From assembly GCA_965637545.1 (NCBI GenBank), contig OZ281500.1, forward strand, positions 22,320,001 to 22,384,000: DNA of 64,000 bases. The letters are read 5' to 3'. The notes beneath the pieces are model-generated. The model did no database searches. It had not been told where the DNA came from and saw nothing but the letters and a program-made list of their open reading frames with translations. Shown in pieces: positions 27,801 to 42,800 of the stretch. The position numbers and the translations under genes are program-made. The DNA comes from Phallusia mammillata (lineage: Eukaryota). The number at the start of each line of letters is the position of its first letter. Position 1 is the stretch's first letter.

Positions 27801-30800
27801 TAGATGCCTTTCAGCTTCCCGCCGTCTCTGTCTTCTCCTACTGTCGGTGGACGTGCTACTATGCAGGGAGGAGTTAAGAAACGATTTTCGACGCCAGTTA
27901 GTGTATATCGACTTATGTCGGTTTAGTTTAGTCTTCTTAACAGGGATTCCAATATCATTGTTGGTTCGCGACGGGTTTCTTTGATAATTGGTTCGCGTCG
28001 TTGTGTACTCGTAACCCGCACATGACAAAGAGTCCTGTCGGGAAGCGACACCGTCGTCGACACCGCCGATAGAGTAGCGATACAAGCGACTGCCGACCGA
28101 TCCCACCGACACCCGGCGATCTTCGCAATCACTAGTGGGTCCTGGGATGTCAACTGAAAGTGAAGAATTTTGATTCTTTAAAGATGAGGACTCTGCATCC
28201 AGCTCCGAGGTAGGATGCTTCACACTAGCGATGCTGAAGCTCCTATCTACACAATCTCGGATGTCATCCTGCTGTGCCCCGTTAAAGACGCTTTCTCGCT
28301 CCTCATCTTTAGCCGCATCCTGGTCGCTTCTTTCCTCTTTTGCGTCCGGAACCGAATTGCTCCTGTAGTTTTTCAGGATCTTCCGCATGAAATTCTGACA
28401 CCACCTGCACTCCTCTTGGGATTTCTCACGTGATTTGTACCTGTGAAAGAACATTCTAGAATGAAATCTTGAGTTTGATAACGACTATACATATGAAGCA
28501 AGGGCTCCAGCAGTTTTTATAATGGGTTGTTTCATCATATGATAGTCACATTGCTGTTATTTCATCACATGATAATTACCTCAATTTAAGCAGAAATTTT
28601 CAGCAGGTATTGGTATATCATACATTACGATGTTTTTTTTTTCTATCTGACACTATGCTACCATGAAATTACTGCTTTGTAATAATGAAACCACCATTCG
28701 ACAAAACTACATTTAAAAACATAATGGTAATATAACTCACAAAATACTTTGAGATTACAACTCTTGGCCGAAAAAGCAACCTTCAAAATGGTACTAAAGA
28801 AAAAAAGAAATTCTCTAACCTTCTCATCCTGTCACTCCTCGCAAACGCAGCCACCAAAGATGAAGTGCTTTCCTCATCCCGATCCTGGAACTTGCAGTTG
28901 TCATGGTTACAGGTGTAGCTAGTGCGTGCGTCATCTGACGTCGCATGATCGATGACGATTTTTGGAGTCGAGTTCTTGGAGCTGGTCATCACCCTTTTAG
29001 GAAACTTGTTGATCCCGACTGATCTTGCTCTTTTCCGTGATCCCCTGCTCCTCTGGCTCCCTGATCTTGAGTCGTTTCTTCTTATCGGAATGGTAAAACT
29101 CCTCTTCTTCATAAACTCTTGGACTTGCTCTTTTCCCACATCGCAATCTGGGCAATTTCCCCCCTCACAGTTTTCAACGGGTTTTTGAGCGTTTTCTCGG
29201 CTCCTGATGATACCCTCCTTGACTCCACCTATGCTCATGATTCTCTTTAGAGGTCTTAGCTGCCTCCTAGAGGATTCTTCATCCTTGAGATTAAGATTGT
29301 CCTCCAGGATAACAGTAGGAGATAAGTGTGATGAACTTTGAATTGACCCCTCTTCTATATTTTTCTCACATCCAAGTAGATTCGGCCGTTGGTGGTTCAC
29401 ACCATCCTCTGTGCCTAGTGACTGTGGTTCCCTGTCACCTGAAGTAAGAAGACTTGAACTTTTCATTGCGATCTTCTCATTGGCTGAGCTTAAAGGCGCC
29501 TCAACTACTGTGGCTCCCTCCTCTGTTCCAAAGTTGTCGTTGTGATCAACTGACATTGCTTTAGATGTTGGTTCCGAGTCGATTGTTGAGAGAATTGTAA
29601 CGTCTTGCATCCTTACCGTGGAGTTCAAAGTGTGCTCCGAACGCATTCGAAAGATTCCGTTCTTTAAGGAGGTGGTGTCGCTATTGTCTGGAATATTTAG
29701 AACTAATTAATAGATTCCACACAATCCAAAGTATAAATGTGACTTATAATGAGTGAAAAATCTGATGTATGTTTTTGAGACCCATTATGTTTAGGCCTAG
29801 CAATACCCATCAATTTGACGTTAACAACAACTTTATTCAAGTGTAGCTTAGTTGGTAGTGCGCGAGTCCCGGAACTCTCGTGTCGTGGGTTCGAATCCCT
29901 CCGCAGGCTAGATTTTTTAGCCTAAGCCTTGCCATTTGGGAATGCTTTGTGACCAGATGATTCGGTATAACGCCTTTAATTATGATTTAAATATAAGTGC
30001 GCTGTGATCGCTGGTCTGTATGAACGCTTCAGGGCTGATCCCAGTTATGAATTTATGTTCATATTTGCTGCATGAATCCTTGAGAATTTATACCAAGCGC
30101 AGAATTCAAGTAAATTTTACAGGAAACTGATAATCCAGTGTTTCAATGGTTATTAGTTTGTATCACTTACCTCCCCAACTTTTCCTTCTTGAAACATCTT
30201 GCTTGGTTCGACTCCCTCGGTTAAATGAATCTCGTTTTCCGCCTGAGATGAAAAGGTCTGGAGATGACATGGCTGTCAGATGTTTTCCATTTCGCTTTTC
30301 TGCGGAAACACACAAACATATTGTGAGAAGATGAAAGTACTGAGTTTTGTTGTGCAACGTTAAAACAAAATATGTTTTAAGTTGAGATTATAAATTCAAC
30401 TGAAAATTGTAACTGAAGTTGGCAAAAAAAAAGAAGTAATGATAAATGTCAACGTGTTTTTTTACTGTTATTTAAACATAAAAAGTTTTACTGCTACTGA
30501 AGCGTATAGCACCTCGAACAATGGAGAATAAAGCAAAAATGTATTGTAAATTTGGAAACAACTAAAAATTGTAAGGCCAAAAGTGTAACAAACGAAACAA
30601 TACCAAAAATTTGAGTAATTTTTATCAAAAGTGTGCCTGACCAAACACATCAGTATCACGTAGTCGGAAAATACTCACGTGCTTCTTTGGGTTCGGATTT
30701 TTTGTTTCCTCCCTTCGTCGGCGTTGCCATGGGAACCTGTAGATATGACATCGACCTTTTCTCTGGCGTGTTATTCGCGGTTTGTCCGCTCGCCGACTCA

Positions 30801-33800
30801 TTTGTGACTTTCTGTGGCGACGGCGGTCTGCTCGTACTCATGCGGCGCCCTCCAGTGACGCGAGATAACTCGTTTTGGTCACCGCCAGTGGGCGACACAG
30901 AGAACGGAGTGGGGTAGTGTTCAACCGATTTGCGACACTTCTTCACTTTGCGGAGGATTGCCCTTATAAAAGAGAAAAACCTTGTTAATGAAAATCCGAT
31001 AGCAACAAATACTCTCCTATTTAGTTTATAACCAGCTTTTTTGTCCATTAACATTTTACGTCGGCAGCGACATAAATCGATGATGTATTAAGCCAAACCA
31101 TGGTCGATATACTTTCAAGCCTCTTGTGTCAAGATAACAATCAAAAAGGTTTCATTAAAATCACCATGAAAAGGCAAATCGATGTATTGTGTCTAAGGTG
31201 TCATTCTTTTGAACTTTAATGACTTGTCATTCCTTTTTGCCCTTCAAACTTTATGCAAACTCAACTTTAATTTTTTTCCAATTATAAGTTTACAAAACTC
31301 GGGATTTCGTATGTTACGTTTTATATGACGAAAATAATTTTAACGTTAAAAATATTTTTACGCCTTATGTATATCAATAAACTTTTTGTGTAGTTTGCAA
31401 TGAATACCTTTTTATACTAACCCTGTTTAGAAAGTTAGAAAAGCAACTTATTTTTTCATTTTGAGGTAAAGTTAGACATTAACATTTTTCAAATCAAGTG
31501 TATATTTCTGTCCACACAACGACTTCAAGGAAAGTTAGTAAAAAGTGGACCAAACCTGACTTAAACCTGCTTAGAATAAAAGCAATCAGTCAAAAAAATG
31601 TTAAAACTAAAAACATAGACATAGAGCAGTTGCCAAACTTCGCAGTACATTTGAACTTGCAATGTAAAGTCGTTACCTGTACAGCACTATAAGGGCGATT
31701 GCTGGGATCAATTGCAGTAGAATGTTGACGGCAATTTGGTAAAATTTCAGTGGAGTCATTCCCAATTTGCTTGTCGACAGGGCGCATCGTAAACTTGACT
31801 CTCTCCATGAGAAAGCATCAACTATAAAACATTCACATTCTAAATGCGAAATCACAAATGGAAAACAAAATCACATATTGAGTACAAAGCACATATTAAA
31901 TACTGATGGTATACGTCTAAGGTTACTGTGAGTCTGTTTGAGTTTGTTTTTTGTTAATATCGGTCATTGCAGACATATAGCTGATGAAATATTCTCCGTT
32001 TTTCGTTTCTGTTTTTAGCTTGTGTGCACGTATTTGTGCAAAAAGTGACACAACAGCCCTTTCAGTGATGTAAATATGCCTTTAAATGTCTTCTGTTTTT
32101 GCATGAAAGTGCAGCAATGGGTTTTTGCAGCAATTTGAGTGTATGACTGCACGCATGCCACTTTTACTAACCATTTGTGCGCCAGGGTCTTTCTAAATGC
32201 ATTTGTGCGGAAAACTGTAGGATAGGAAAACGTGCCGTCATCAGTGCAAATGTGCAAGCAGTGACTCCACCAACACGCAAGTAATAGTGAACAACTTGTC
32301 AACGGTGCGCCGCACATGCCACTGTATCTTTTTCACATATGACACCGACAAATGTTACAATGTCAGGTAGGGAAGTATTCGTGAGAACTCAGGGTTGCTC
32401 AACGACCCTTGCCAGTCGCCAATATCCGCTCTTCAGCGCCAACTTCCGGCCGCCTCGTGGGACAAATTGACCGCAATAATTGACATATAAACCATTTGAC
32501 CTTGCAACCAGAAACCCATGCATTATTTCCAGCCTCCATTCGCCGCGGAAAAACGTGCGTTTGGTTTGTAGTTGATGCAAAAATACAATTCTCCGCACCA
32601 TTTTAGCTGCCAGTGACGTAGTGTGGGCAAGTTTCTGACGTTATTTGCGTGTATTTTGAATCTAGCATGCGGCTGTTTCATGCGCATGTCAATAAATGCT
32701 TTTTTTGCTGCCGAAATTGAGTTGTTTTTAAATTAAGCTAGCTTCCAAAACACCAAACAGACAAACAACTAGACTGTGAATTTACGTTAAGCCATGACTC
32801 ACATGCTTTACATAAGCTTCCCCCTTGCCAAAATGGGACGTTGTTAATTTGGCGTGACACATGTTGAAACAATATTTCTACTTTGTCTATGTATTATTGA
32901 TGAGGCTTATGTTTGTATTGGATAACATCGGCGCCACAGGACAACTGTTTTTTCACTGTTGAACCCCTGTTACGTAGGGTGTAGCATAAACGCTTGAGGT
33001 AAAAGTGTGTATTGTTTAGGCTGTTCGGTGCCAAAGTTTAAAATGCTGAACTTGCCCTTGCATATGTGTTTTAATGGAAAACGTTTTAATTGCTATTTGC
33101 TTGCAAATATTTGTGCTTATCTGTAGGTTTTGGCAACGCATAAAAGCATTGTTGCATGGTAAAAATATAAACAATGTCAGCTCATCAAGGCAGCTCAGCA
33201 GAAATACCGGAAAATTAATACATCATTTTCAAAGAACATGTTGGTCTATAAACTGAACTTTGAGATCAAAAACATAGCCAAGTTGTTTGTGAAATAGATT
33301 GTTCCTTTTCATTTTTATCCTCGTGGATTCAATAACGTCCAAAGCGTTACGCTCACAATAAATCCACCATCGAGCTGCTTGCCTTATCACAAGTCTAAAT
33401 TAGATTATGTTTTATTTGCTATTTGTGACCTGCATGCGATTTTAATATAGTTTAGCTCGTTGTGTTTTCTTAGGTAGCCTGGTTTTCGGTTACATTGGCC
33501 AGTGCTTGTGATCTGTTTATTAGCATTTCCAGTAGATTAAACTTCACATTTTTGTAAAAACTGACATTTGTATTGTTTGCAAAATATGCAGACGTATAGG
33601 ATTTGTTCTTGTAACGAACTGACAGATTGAATTTAAGTGCACCGTGAACGTTGATGGAAGTCGAAAAATTTGAAAAGGCGTTGAAAATAATGAAGGAAGT
33701 TGTCAAACGAGTTGGAGAATTTGCTGATTTAGTTATTTTACCTGACAAAAGGTTACAATGTTACTGATGTAACATGCAAAGCGGTTTGCCCTTTTGTCTA

Positions 33801-36800
33801 ATTGTGTGCCATAGTTAACAGGAATGCCCAATTTAAGATAAGCTTTTGACTAAGTTTCTTATTTAATTTTTTTTATTTTGCAAGCGGTTAAAACTTAACG
33901 CTGTTTTTTTGGAACTCACACAAGCTCCCTGTCAAATAAGAGCACCTTTCACTAACTGTTTTATATTGTCGAAACTTTTTTACCGTTAGATAATTTAATC
34001 ATAAAAGCATTTGTTATCAAACCAAATGCACAAGCCTAAAACTGAAACAAAAAATTGAAATTAGGCCCGAAAGTTGGTGAAGTTCTGGCACAAATGAAAT
34101 CGAATGTGAAGGTTCATATCAAACTTGTTTTATTCCAACTTAAGCACAAATTTGACTTGAAAAACTTGACTTACAGACTGCTTTAAACCTATATTTTTGT
34201 ATTTGAATAATTAGATGAATTCTGTCAAACCCGTTAATCTTTGTCGAAACCAAGATTAAAAATCATTGCGTTGCATTGATTCGTTTCGATTTTGTCATGA
34301 GCATTGGTAACGAGTATTGGGAAAAAATTGATAAGGGCTCTACTTACATATTAGGAAAGGCATGTAGAGAATTGGTGCTGAAATCCACACTGCCACTAAC
34401 CACCATTTTATTCGGTCCTTGGAAAAGATCTTGCGATATCTAAAAGACAAAAACTACTCCTTCAAAAAATACTCAAATTTTTGCCATACTTTAGTACACA
34501 CATAATGTGACCGACTGATTCGGTATGATGCCTTTATTAGATCTGGCGTATTATGATTTACATACGTTGAAAAACTCGGCGCATTTTGCGGTAGTCAGGT
34601 AAAATACCAAGGATAAATAACTTGTAATTTTTAGGTTTGAACTTTAAATATATTTTCGCAGATATACAATTTTATCATACTTTTGTGCACACGTTCACCT
34701 AAACACGCTTTAATATCTTGATGAATGGTATTCCAGGTACACAGTTTTAACCCTTTCACTTAAAGCCATTACTAGGGTGAATTATAGTTTTAATTCATTG
34801 ATCTATCGAACAAGCAGCGTTAAATACAAAGCGTGCAAGCCTTTTGTACACTTGTGAGATTTTAATAGCTAGTTATCGACTATATGTGACAGCTTAATCA
34901 AGCTCCATCATTTCTGTTCCCACAGATAGTTAGTTGACCTCCATTAATATTTCATGTACTGCGGACCAACCACTGAGGTTATGTAAGCCCCTGTACCAGG
35001 ACTTTGCTTTTAAGTGCAAATGTTTCATGTGTATAACTGCTACAGTGTATAGGAATGCATAAATTAAATAAAATGTGCTGAAAAAGTACCATCCAAAAAT
35101 CATCTTTTTTGATTTTTTTGTCTTACGGGAATTTTTTTGGTCACGAAATAGTTTTTTAAACTTTTTCAAATTGACTCATTTTATGGATATAAAAGTTGTT
35201 CACTAACAATTTTTTACCCCAAAATATTAGATTCCAGTTTTATGTAGCAAATTACAGTAATTAAAATGGACAGATATTTTTTACGTTCTTAAGGCGCTAA
35301 TACAAAGGAGTCAGAACTCTACAATGTTTCTCATGTATCGGTATTTGATACTGATTGCTTGAGATTCGAATCTATACGTTTTAAGCTTGGCATTGTACCC
35401 AGAGCGCCAAAGTCCTGCGGTTTGTTCCGCTATCTTGTACGATCTTAGCAAAGCTTTACTTTCACTTAGGTCTTCCTAATCTTACAAAACTATACCACCA
35501 GCTTATGTATAACTTCTATGTGTAAGAATTAGGTCAAAATATACAAGTAGACAATGCACGGTATGCTAATGAATTATTTCTGACCATAGAAGAGCTTATC
35601 TATGGGCCATTGTCTGAGATTAATTATGCCATAATGAATATGTCAAAAAATCGAAAGCATGATTCATAAATGCCAATGGCACTCTATGCTTGAAAAATTG
35701 CGTTTTCGTGTTATACTGATAACGTATGGGAAACTGGAAAAATTCCAGATGACGTCATTGTGATGACGTAGGAAACTTGATAAGAAAAGACTAGTTTGTA
35801 TTTTTGATAAAATGTTTGGAATCCAATTCCTCTATAACTATGCTATAGCAGTGCGAGTTGTATTAAACTTCAGCGTACTAAATCTATGCACAATTAGTTA
35901 CATTATTGTGTTTAATATGTTTATTAATACGACGTTTAATTTTTCTTGTTGGACAAAGAGTTAAAAACGTTGATACGTTTGAAATGGCTTGGCGCATTTT
36001 TTGACGTTTATTTTTGTTAAAGTAGTGCTTATTTCGAAATTGTAAGGTCTTGGTAGTAAATGTGGTTGTAATTTTGCCTTTTTCTTTATCTTACAAGCTA
36101 AAACTATCGATTCTTAATGCATCCATAAAATCACCCATCAGCTAGTGAAAAAATAAATACACCCATGTTGTCAGTTTGATTGTGATTGAACTGGAAAGCT
36201 AGAAAACGTTAAAAGCCCAAACTGCCGAGAATAGACTCAAAAGGCCAGCATCTATTCATAGGCCAACCCATGTCCCCTTTAAAACCACTAAAAGTGACTT
36301 GAATACAGCCACAAAGGTGATAGCGTGTCTTCGGCTATTTTTGCGCGATCGGTTTTACGTGGAAGAGTTCGCTATAAGCTGAAGATTGTCGTCCACCGAA
36401 ATTAACATGTGACTTCTTGCATAACCTTGCCACGCTTTACGGTCCAGCCGAACTGGCGATTAATAATTCATTGCGTGAATTTCCATTACGAATCGTAATA
36501 AATGCGTTGTAACTTTTTGTACTGCGCACGTCTTTTTGTTCGACAATGGCATCGAGTGAAGGGACGGTGACATAAAATAATTCCTTTTTTTCTTTACGTT
36601 AAGATTTGATTTATAAGATTCTGAGTATATTTCGCTTTTTTGGCGATTAACAACTATTTTTAAATGTACCCACAGCAATTTTATGTACATTGTCACCAAT
36701 TCAAATGTATAAAAAACCTCTATATTTTGAGCTGGATCTAGACTACGTTTTATCACATGTGTTTACCAAAGATTTAGTGTCTTAGATTTGGTTTGGGAAA

Positions 36801-39800
36801 AATTCAAAAAATAGTTTAGGCTTCCCAGTCTAAAAAAAGACAAATTGTTGCTGTCTGCGAAAACCCAAAGCACACAAAGGAATTTAACAACACCTATTTG
36901 CTGCCTAAAGTTATGAAATCTTCATAGTTTTACCACGTATAGTCGTATAGCCTATATATGACCACGATACTTTTACAAAGGCATTTTCTAGTGTTTAACT
37001 GACGTTAGGTTTTCATGCAAACATTTTTTCATGATGATTTTTGCCGGAACAATCTCGCTGAATACGATTTTTTGAACTTAACTTTTTGACTCCTCCAAGC
37101 TACTTACTTTGAAGAATGGACGATTCCAACGTATCGGTTGAACGCTATGAAAACCAAATTGATAACAGACGAAGATAATGTCCAGTAATACACAAATCCC
37201 AAAGCCGTACAAAGTTGACGTGGATAGAAATCGTCTCCTGTTGCTACGAGTGGTAAAATCATTGGCATCACCTGTGAAGGTACGCACAAATGTAATGTAC
37301 ATTCAACTTAAATTACCTAAAACCAGAAAGGTCAGTTTAAGACATTGAAAAGCGTCGTGGGTTCGAATCCCACCGTGTACCAAATCTTCTTGAAGATTGA
37401 AGTCATTGAAAACACAGTTTTGATGTGTGAACCCTTATGTACATTTTTACCAATTTTAAAAGTCTATTTTTTTAAGTCTCTAGCAATCACAAACCCCCCT
37501 TGGACCATTTTAGAGGCTTCTTGGGGTCTACGAACCCAGTTTGTGAACCCCTGTTTTAAATAAGACAACAATAATGCTATATGGTGTGTGGACCCTTACG
37601 GGCAGTTAACTGCATTTTTGAAAACTATGAAGTCATTAATTTTTTTTACAATAATGACCCCCTGTGACCGCATCAGGGGCATCTTGGGGATCCACGAATC
37701 CCAGTTTGGAAACCACTGCTTCGACAAAAAACATTTCTTCTCACCAATACTGAAAACACGAGATCCACGATGCACAGATTAGTGATTAGATGATTAAATG
37801 ATGTCTGAAGTTTTCGGTTGCGTCTGTAAGCTTCGATAGTGACACTGTTTCCAAAAATCCCAAGAACGGAGACGACCACGCCCACTGCCACGCCAGTTAA
37901 CGCCATCCAATCAGCAGGTGTTGTGTCTGTTACGTATTTAAATGCAAACATATGTCAAGTGGAAGTTTTGTTGATAAAATTGTGGGTCACTTGATTAAAG
38001 GAAAACTGTTGCTATTATTTTTGCTTGGCACATTTATTTCTCTTATTAAGTCTTCAGAAAGTTTTACGAAAAATATATATTGTCATAGCTAATCGCACAA
38101 TTCGTTATTGGACGCGCTTTAGACGTGTATTATTTCATTGTAGTGAACGAACCACCATGTAACATGCAGCATGGCTGATCTAATAATGGTTTTGTCTAGA
38201 CTTGCGATTGCTTTCAAAGTTTGCACTCTTTATAGGAAATCTTTATCTGTGGTAACAATTAGAGCGCAAATCTAAATAACCGACATTCAATTCAGACACC
38301 ACTTAAGAGTTCGCCATATTTTTCCTTTTCAAGCCCACTTGTAATGACAAAACCCCCTTGTTTTGTCACAATGCTTTATGACGTAGATACTACGTAACAG
38401 TAAGGCGTTGAAGAGCTTGATAGATTGTGTTGAAGTGCATTGCAAACTTCAGTAAGCGTCCTTGTCGTGTACGAAGTCACACTTTGAGAGCTTGTAAGCA
38501 CGTGTCGTATGCTGGCCCGGTTAAGATTTATGCCCCGATGACATCTTGGCGTTTAAACATGGGTTTTTAGGTTTTTTAACGTGACATTTGCGTTCAAACG
38601 TCGCGTTGGTTGTGCAAAACCTTCCTAATGCGCCGGTTCTACGAAACCTTGAAGGTGATATATTTGTTTTGTTTGATATGACTTTCAATTTTGCGAAGAT
38701 AAATCTGAGTTTTTTAATAAAATTTGAATTTTTTTCTTAGAATTAACGCGTCAATGCCATTTGATTTTGGGGCTAAACGCTTTGCAAACAATAAGTCAAA
38801 AGAAGCCAAACCAAATCACGAATTAGAAGGGTTTTTAACACATCAAACACTTTTTTTGCCAATTAGTCTCTTGACTGCATTGGAAAGTTAGACTCCTAAC
38901 TGTAAAATTAAACGTCTAATTCTTTCGACTTTTTCGGTGGTTTAACCCTGAAGCAGTAAGTTACGTTTCTGCAAACAAACCTCTTCGGTTTCATGTTTAA
39001 CAAGGTGAAAGTTGAATCACTAAACACGGGTGATATCAGCTCGTTGAACCCAACCCAACTCGTGTTTGCTTTCCATTCCCAGTTCAATAATCGCGCGCGT
39101 CCTGCTGTAACGTGGTGCCGGTTGTTTGCAGGTGTTGTATGTTTGTGATATTAACACAATTTATCACGTCAAGGTTTTGTTTCCTTGAGCAAGCGACCGA
39201 GACGCACTGGGTAAAATCGTATTTACAACTCACACAATAGTTGTACTTTCCGGTAGGGTTCAGGCTTCTGTTTTTATAACGCAGGTTTGGGCCTAACTTC
39301 ACATTTTGATTACTGTTACACAATTTTACCAACTTTTCGGTCTAATTCGGAAAAATCAGGTTTTGTACCGGGTTTTGGGGAGTTGTACTTTAGGTTTTAT
39401 ACCCGCTTGCTACCCTGTTTTTACACAATATCTTATCCAAAACAAAAATTTTAATTTATGTCTCCATTGGCAACTGACAGTCTGCAGGTGCACGATTTGA
39501 GCGGATGTTTTGATTTTTGCATCATCTTCTGCACTTGACGGGTTGTCAACTACAACGTGGTGTTATGTCTTTATATTACTTTTCCATTGTTTAAATACAG
39601 TACTGTTTAAGCTGGATGATAGCACCAACCCCGAATTTGTGCCGTTAGTTTGGCGACCAGCACTTCAGTCAAACAATATACATCAGGTTACGTTTAATGC
39701 TAAAAACCTTTCGATTTAAAATGAATGTGAGAAACCCTGGTCTAAGATTTATCACCCTTGTCACAAACAGCGCACCACGATTTCAACAAGTAGTCTTAAA

Positions 39801-42800
39801 TTTTTTCCCTCATGAAACTTTAATAGCTCGATGCTGCGATCCCATGCAAAACTCTTTTTTAGGATAAAGAAACTGTTTTGAAGTGAGGATGCGTTTGTTG
39901 CCATATACACACCGCAAATTAGCAAGACTTACACAACTTTTTTATTGTGCTCTAAGGTTAAATAGCACATTTAAAAAAAACTCTACCTGACGATGTCGAA
40001 TTCCATCCATTCCCGAATTCGCTTGCATTATAAAATCCAGTCTCGGGTATAATCCCCGCGGATGACGTCATCCTTGAAGCGTTTTTCACTTTTCAAATTC
40101 AGGGTCATTTGATTTTCAGTGACCTTTTTATGTTACACTATCACTTGCAACACAATAGCAACCATATATATGTATGTCTGATTCTTAACACTTAGACATA
40201 TATATATATGTACAATTTTAGAAAGAAAGTGCTTCAATTCGTGCTCAGCGAATTGTCTGATCAAAATAATGTGTGAACTTGAAAACGTTGCGTTGATCAA
40301 TAAACTACGAAATATGAAGAAGAAACATAACACAGTTGAACATTAGAAGATAGAACTCTAATTAAGCACCATCATCGCCTTTTCCATAGTGTTTCTGCTG
40401 AACAGGGGAAAAATACTATACGCAAATATTGTCCATGCAAAATCGTTCTAAAACCCAACAAAAGGCGATATTAAATATTATCTTCTTTAGATGAATAACA
40501 TTAACAAAAATCAACATCCACAGGACCTTACGATTTAAATAAGACAATATTAAGCCGTCCTTTGAACTGTAATTCCATATATTATCATAGATCAATACTC
40601 TGTTTTATCAAACGTCAAACCTATAAGCCATCTAAACATGAGTAGAGCATCCTTAAAAACAATTGTAAATCGCCAGAGATTAAATTCTAATCATCCCAAA
40701 ATCCTCAGCTGAAAGTCGGATAAGCCGAATGCCATTCCTCCGAGGTCGTGATAGCAAAAGAGTAAATTAATATGCTCTGCATCGATTTTGGTACGTCTCG
40801 GTGGAGGTTTGCTGTGCGGTTTTGGTAAACGCTTGTCAGTGCGATTTTAAACAGACGGTTGTGCTTTGACAGCGGACCAAAAACATCCATATCCAATTTG
40901 TGCAGCTCTCATTTACGTTGTGTTGCAGAAACCCTTACCTTAAAGCTCTGGCTATAATTCCTATTAATCCTTTTTTTGCTTTTTCTTAAGCTGCATTACG
41001 GTTTAAAGCCCACTATCGTTTATGCTGGATGCTAAAAGCCCACTTATTGTTTGAACTAAAAGCCCACTTATTGTTTGTGTACGCTTTTATCTTCTTGAGT
41101 CTTTTTCGCTTGTGGCTTAGAAAGAATGGTTTAATGTAATAAATACTCGTGATAAATAGCTACCCGAAGTTGACCTCTGTAAACTTTGACCCCGTATGAC
41201 CTATCAGTTATCACACAGGATAAGAAATACAAAAAATAATAATGATATAAATTTGCCTAGTTTTTATTGTATTCGGTCAAAACAAGATATATAGCTATTC
41301 TTTACCACAAACAGTCGCGTTTTGTACAAAATAGAACCATAGGTTCAAAAATGATTCATAAAATTTAATTAAAACACGCTCATTAAGTGTTTAATTCCTG
41401 CCTTAAAATCAGTTATTACAAGAAGTTCCCCAATTTTTCAACGAAAATACTTCAACAATGTCAAAATCGAGTGTTTATGGAGACTATAATATTCATAACA
41501 ATAAAGAATCAGTCTAAGAACCTGTTCCAGCTCCCAGCGAGAATACTTTTAAAACACACCAATACCTTGCACTAAACCTGGTCCCGTTCCAAACTTTTAC
41601 TCTATTTAACTCTCCCTCTAACTACCATGCGTTTTATTTTCTGCATTACTTTATCCATGCGTTTTATTTTCTGCATTTCGAAGCCAGACTTCCAACGTTT
41701 TGCGAGGAAAGCAACTGATCGCTCCCGTGCTTTTCGTTCAACTCTTTTACGTACAACGACTGAGGCGCCTTTTTTCTTTCAAGTCTGCCAGCGAGGCTGC
41801 GACAGTGGGGAATTCCCGTCAATGTAGCGTTATTTGGCGTTTGGACAGAGCGTGGTGCACGCAACGTTTGGCCTTTGCAAGCCTCTTGAAGCTGGGGGGG
41901 GGGGGGGCTGGGGTCGGCTATTGTCGCCAACTTGACTCACCCCGTCAAACCCATTAGCGGATCAGTTCTCCCCTCAACACCCACTTTCCCCCTTATCCCA
42001 TCTTTTCACATATTTAATTTGCGGATTTTTTCAGTTGCCACTACTCGACTTGTTCCGCTTTGCATTCTCTATGCTGGTTTACGAACTAGTGAAGTGAAAC
42101 AGACCGTGCAGTTTTTTTTACATAATACACTTGAATTTAAGAATCCCCTACACACTGATATAGAAAGTGTGTATTTATAAAGGTCTTCCGCAAACGAATG
42201 CAAACAAATCGTGCTACGTGGCGTAGACATACTGTCAACTCCTATTGAATTACTTGTTGTGGTTTGTCTCGATATATATTTGGGACTTTTTTACCCTTGG
42301 GTACTTTTTACCCAATGCTATGTATATATATGGGTACTTTTTACCCAGTGTCGTATATATTTGAGCAGGTTTTACACAATACAACCTAATAATTTAAATT
42401 TCTACAGTGATTTGGGCATATTTTGCCAAAACTAGATTCAAATTGTCAAGCGAACTTTGAAGGCTTTAATTATCACTTCTGAGCCAAAGCCACGACGTTT
42501 GCCCTTCACCAGTCACAATGCCCATTGTTACATCATAATCCGGAATTAACCACCCTTGAAAACCTATTTTACCAACCTGTTTTAAACCCATCTGAACCGG
42601 TCGCTTTCCGTGCATTGTGGCGTCATATTAGGGCTTTTGTTTGCAATGAATCGTGTCTGTGACGTAAAAGTGAGTGAAGAACGTAAAACTACAAGATAGG
42701 ATATAATATCGATATCACCGATATACATGGGTTGTTTGTAGAAATTACTATGTCAATAAAGTTTATGCGTAGCTGAAATAAGTCTGTCGCCTAGGTGCTT

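Noticed and set aside
14768-30917. ORF-track entries antisense to real exons (e.g. 14768-14956, 16227-16451, 28215-28433, 28952-29188, 30633-30917)
   Set aside because: Shadow ORFs of TMTC2 or GPCR coding exons.
32015-32317. Cys/His-rich ORF as a zinc finger or a GPCR exon
   Set aside because: C2H2 spacing is not met, and the GPCR model is complete without it.
35290-35700. Retroelement remnant on the minus strand (ISDNGP-like and KLFYG-like peptides)
   Set aside because: The motifs are in different frames, point to different element classes, and are surrounded by stops; too weak to call without an HMM search.
41455-41520. VYGDYNIH peptide resembling the LINE endonuclease motif GDFN
   Set aside because: A single short motif with a stop soon after and no other endonuclease motifs.
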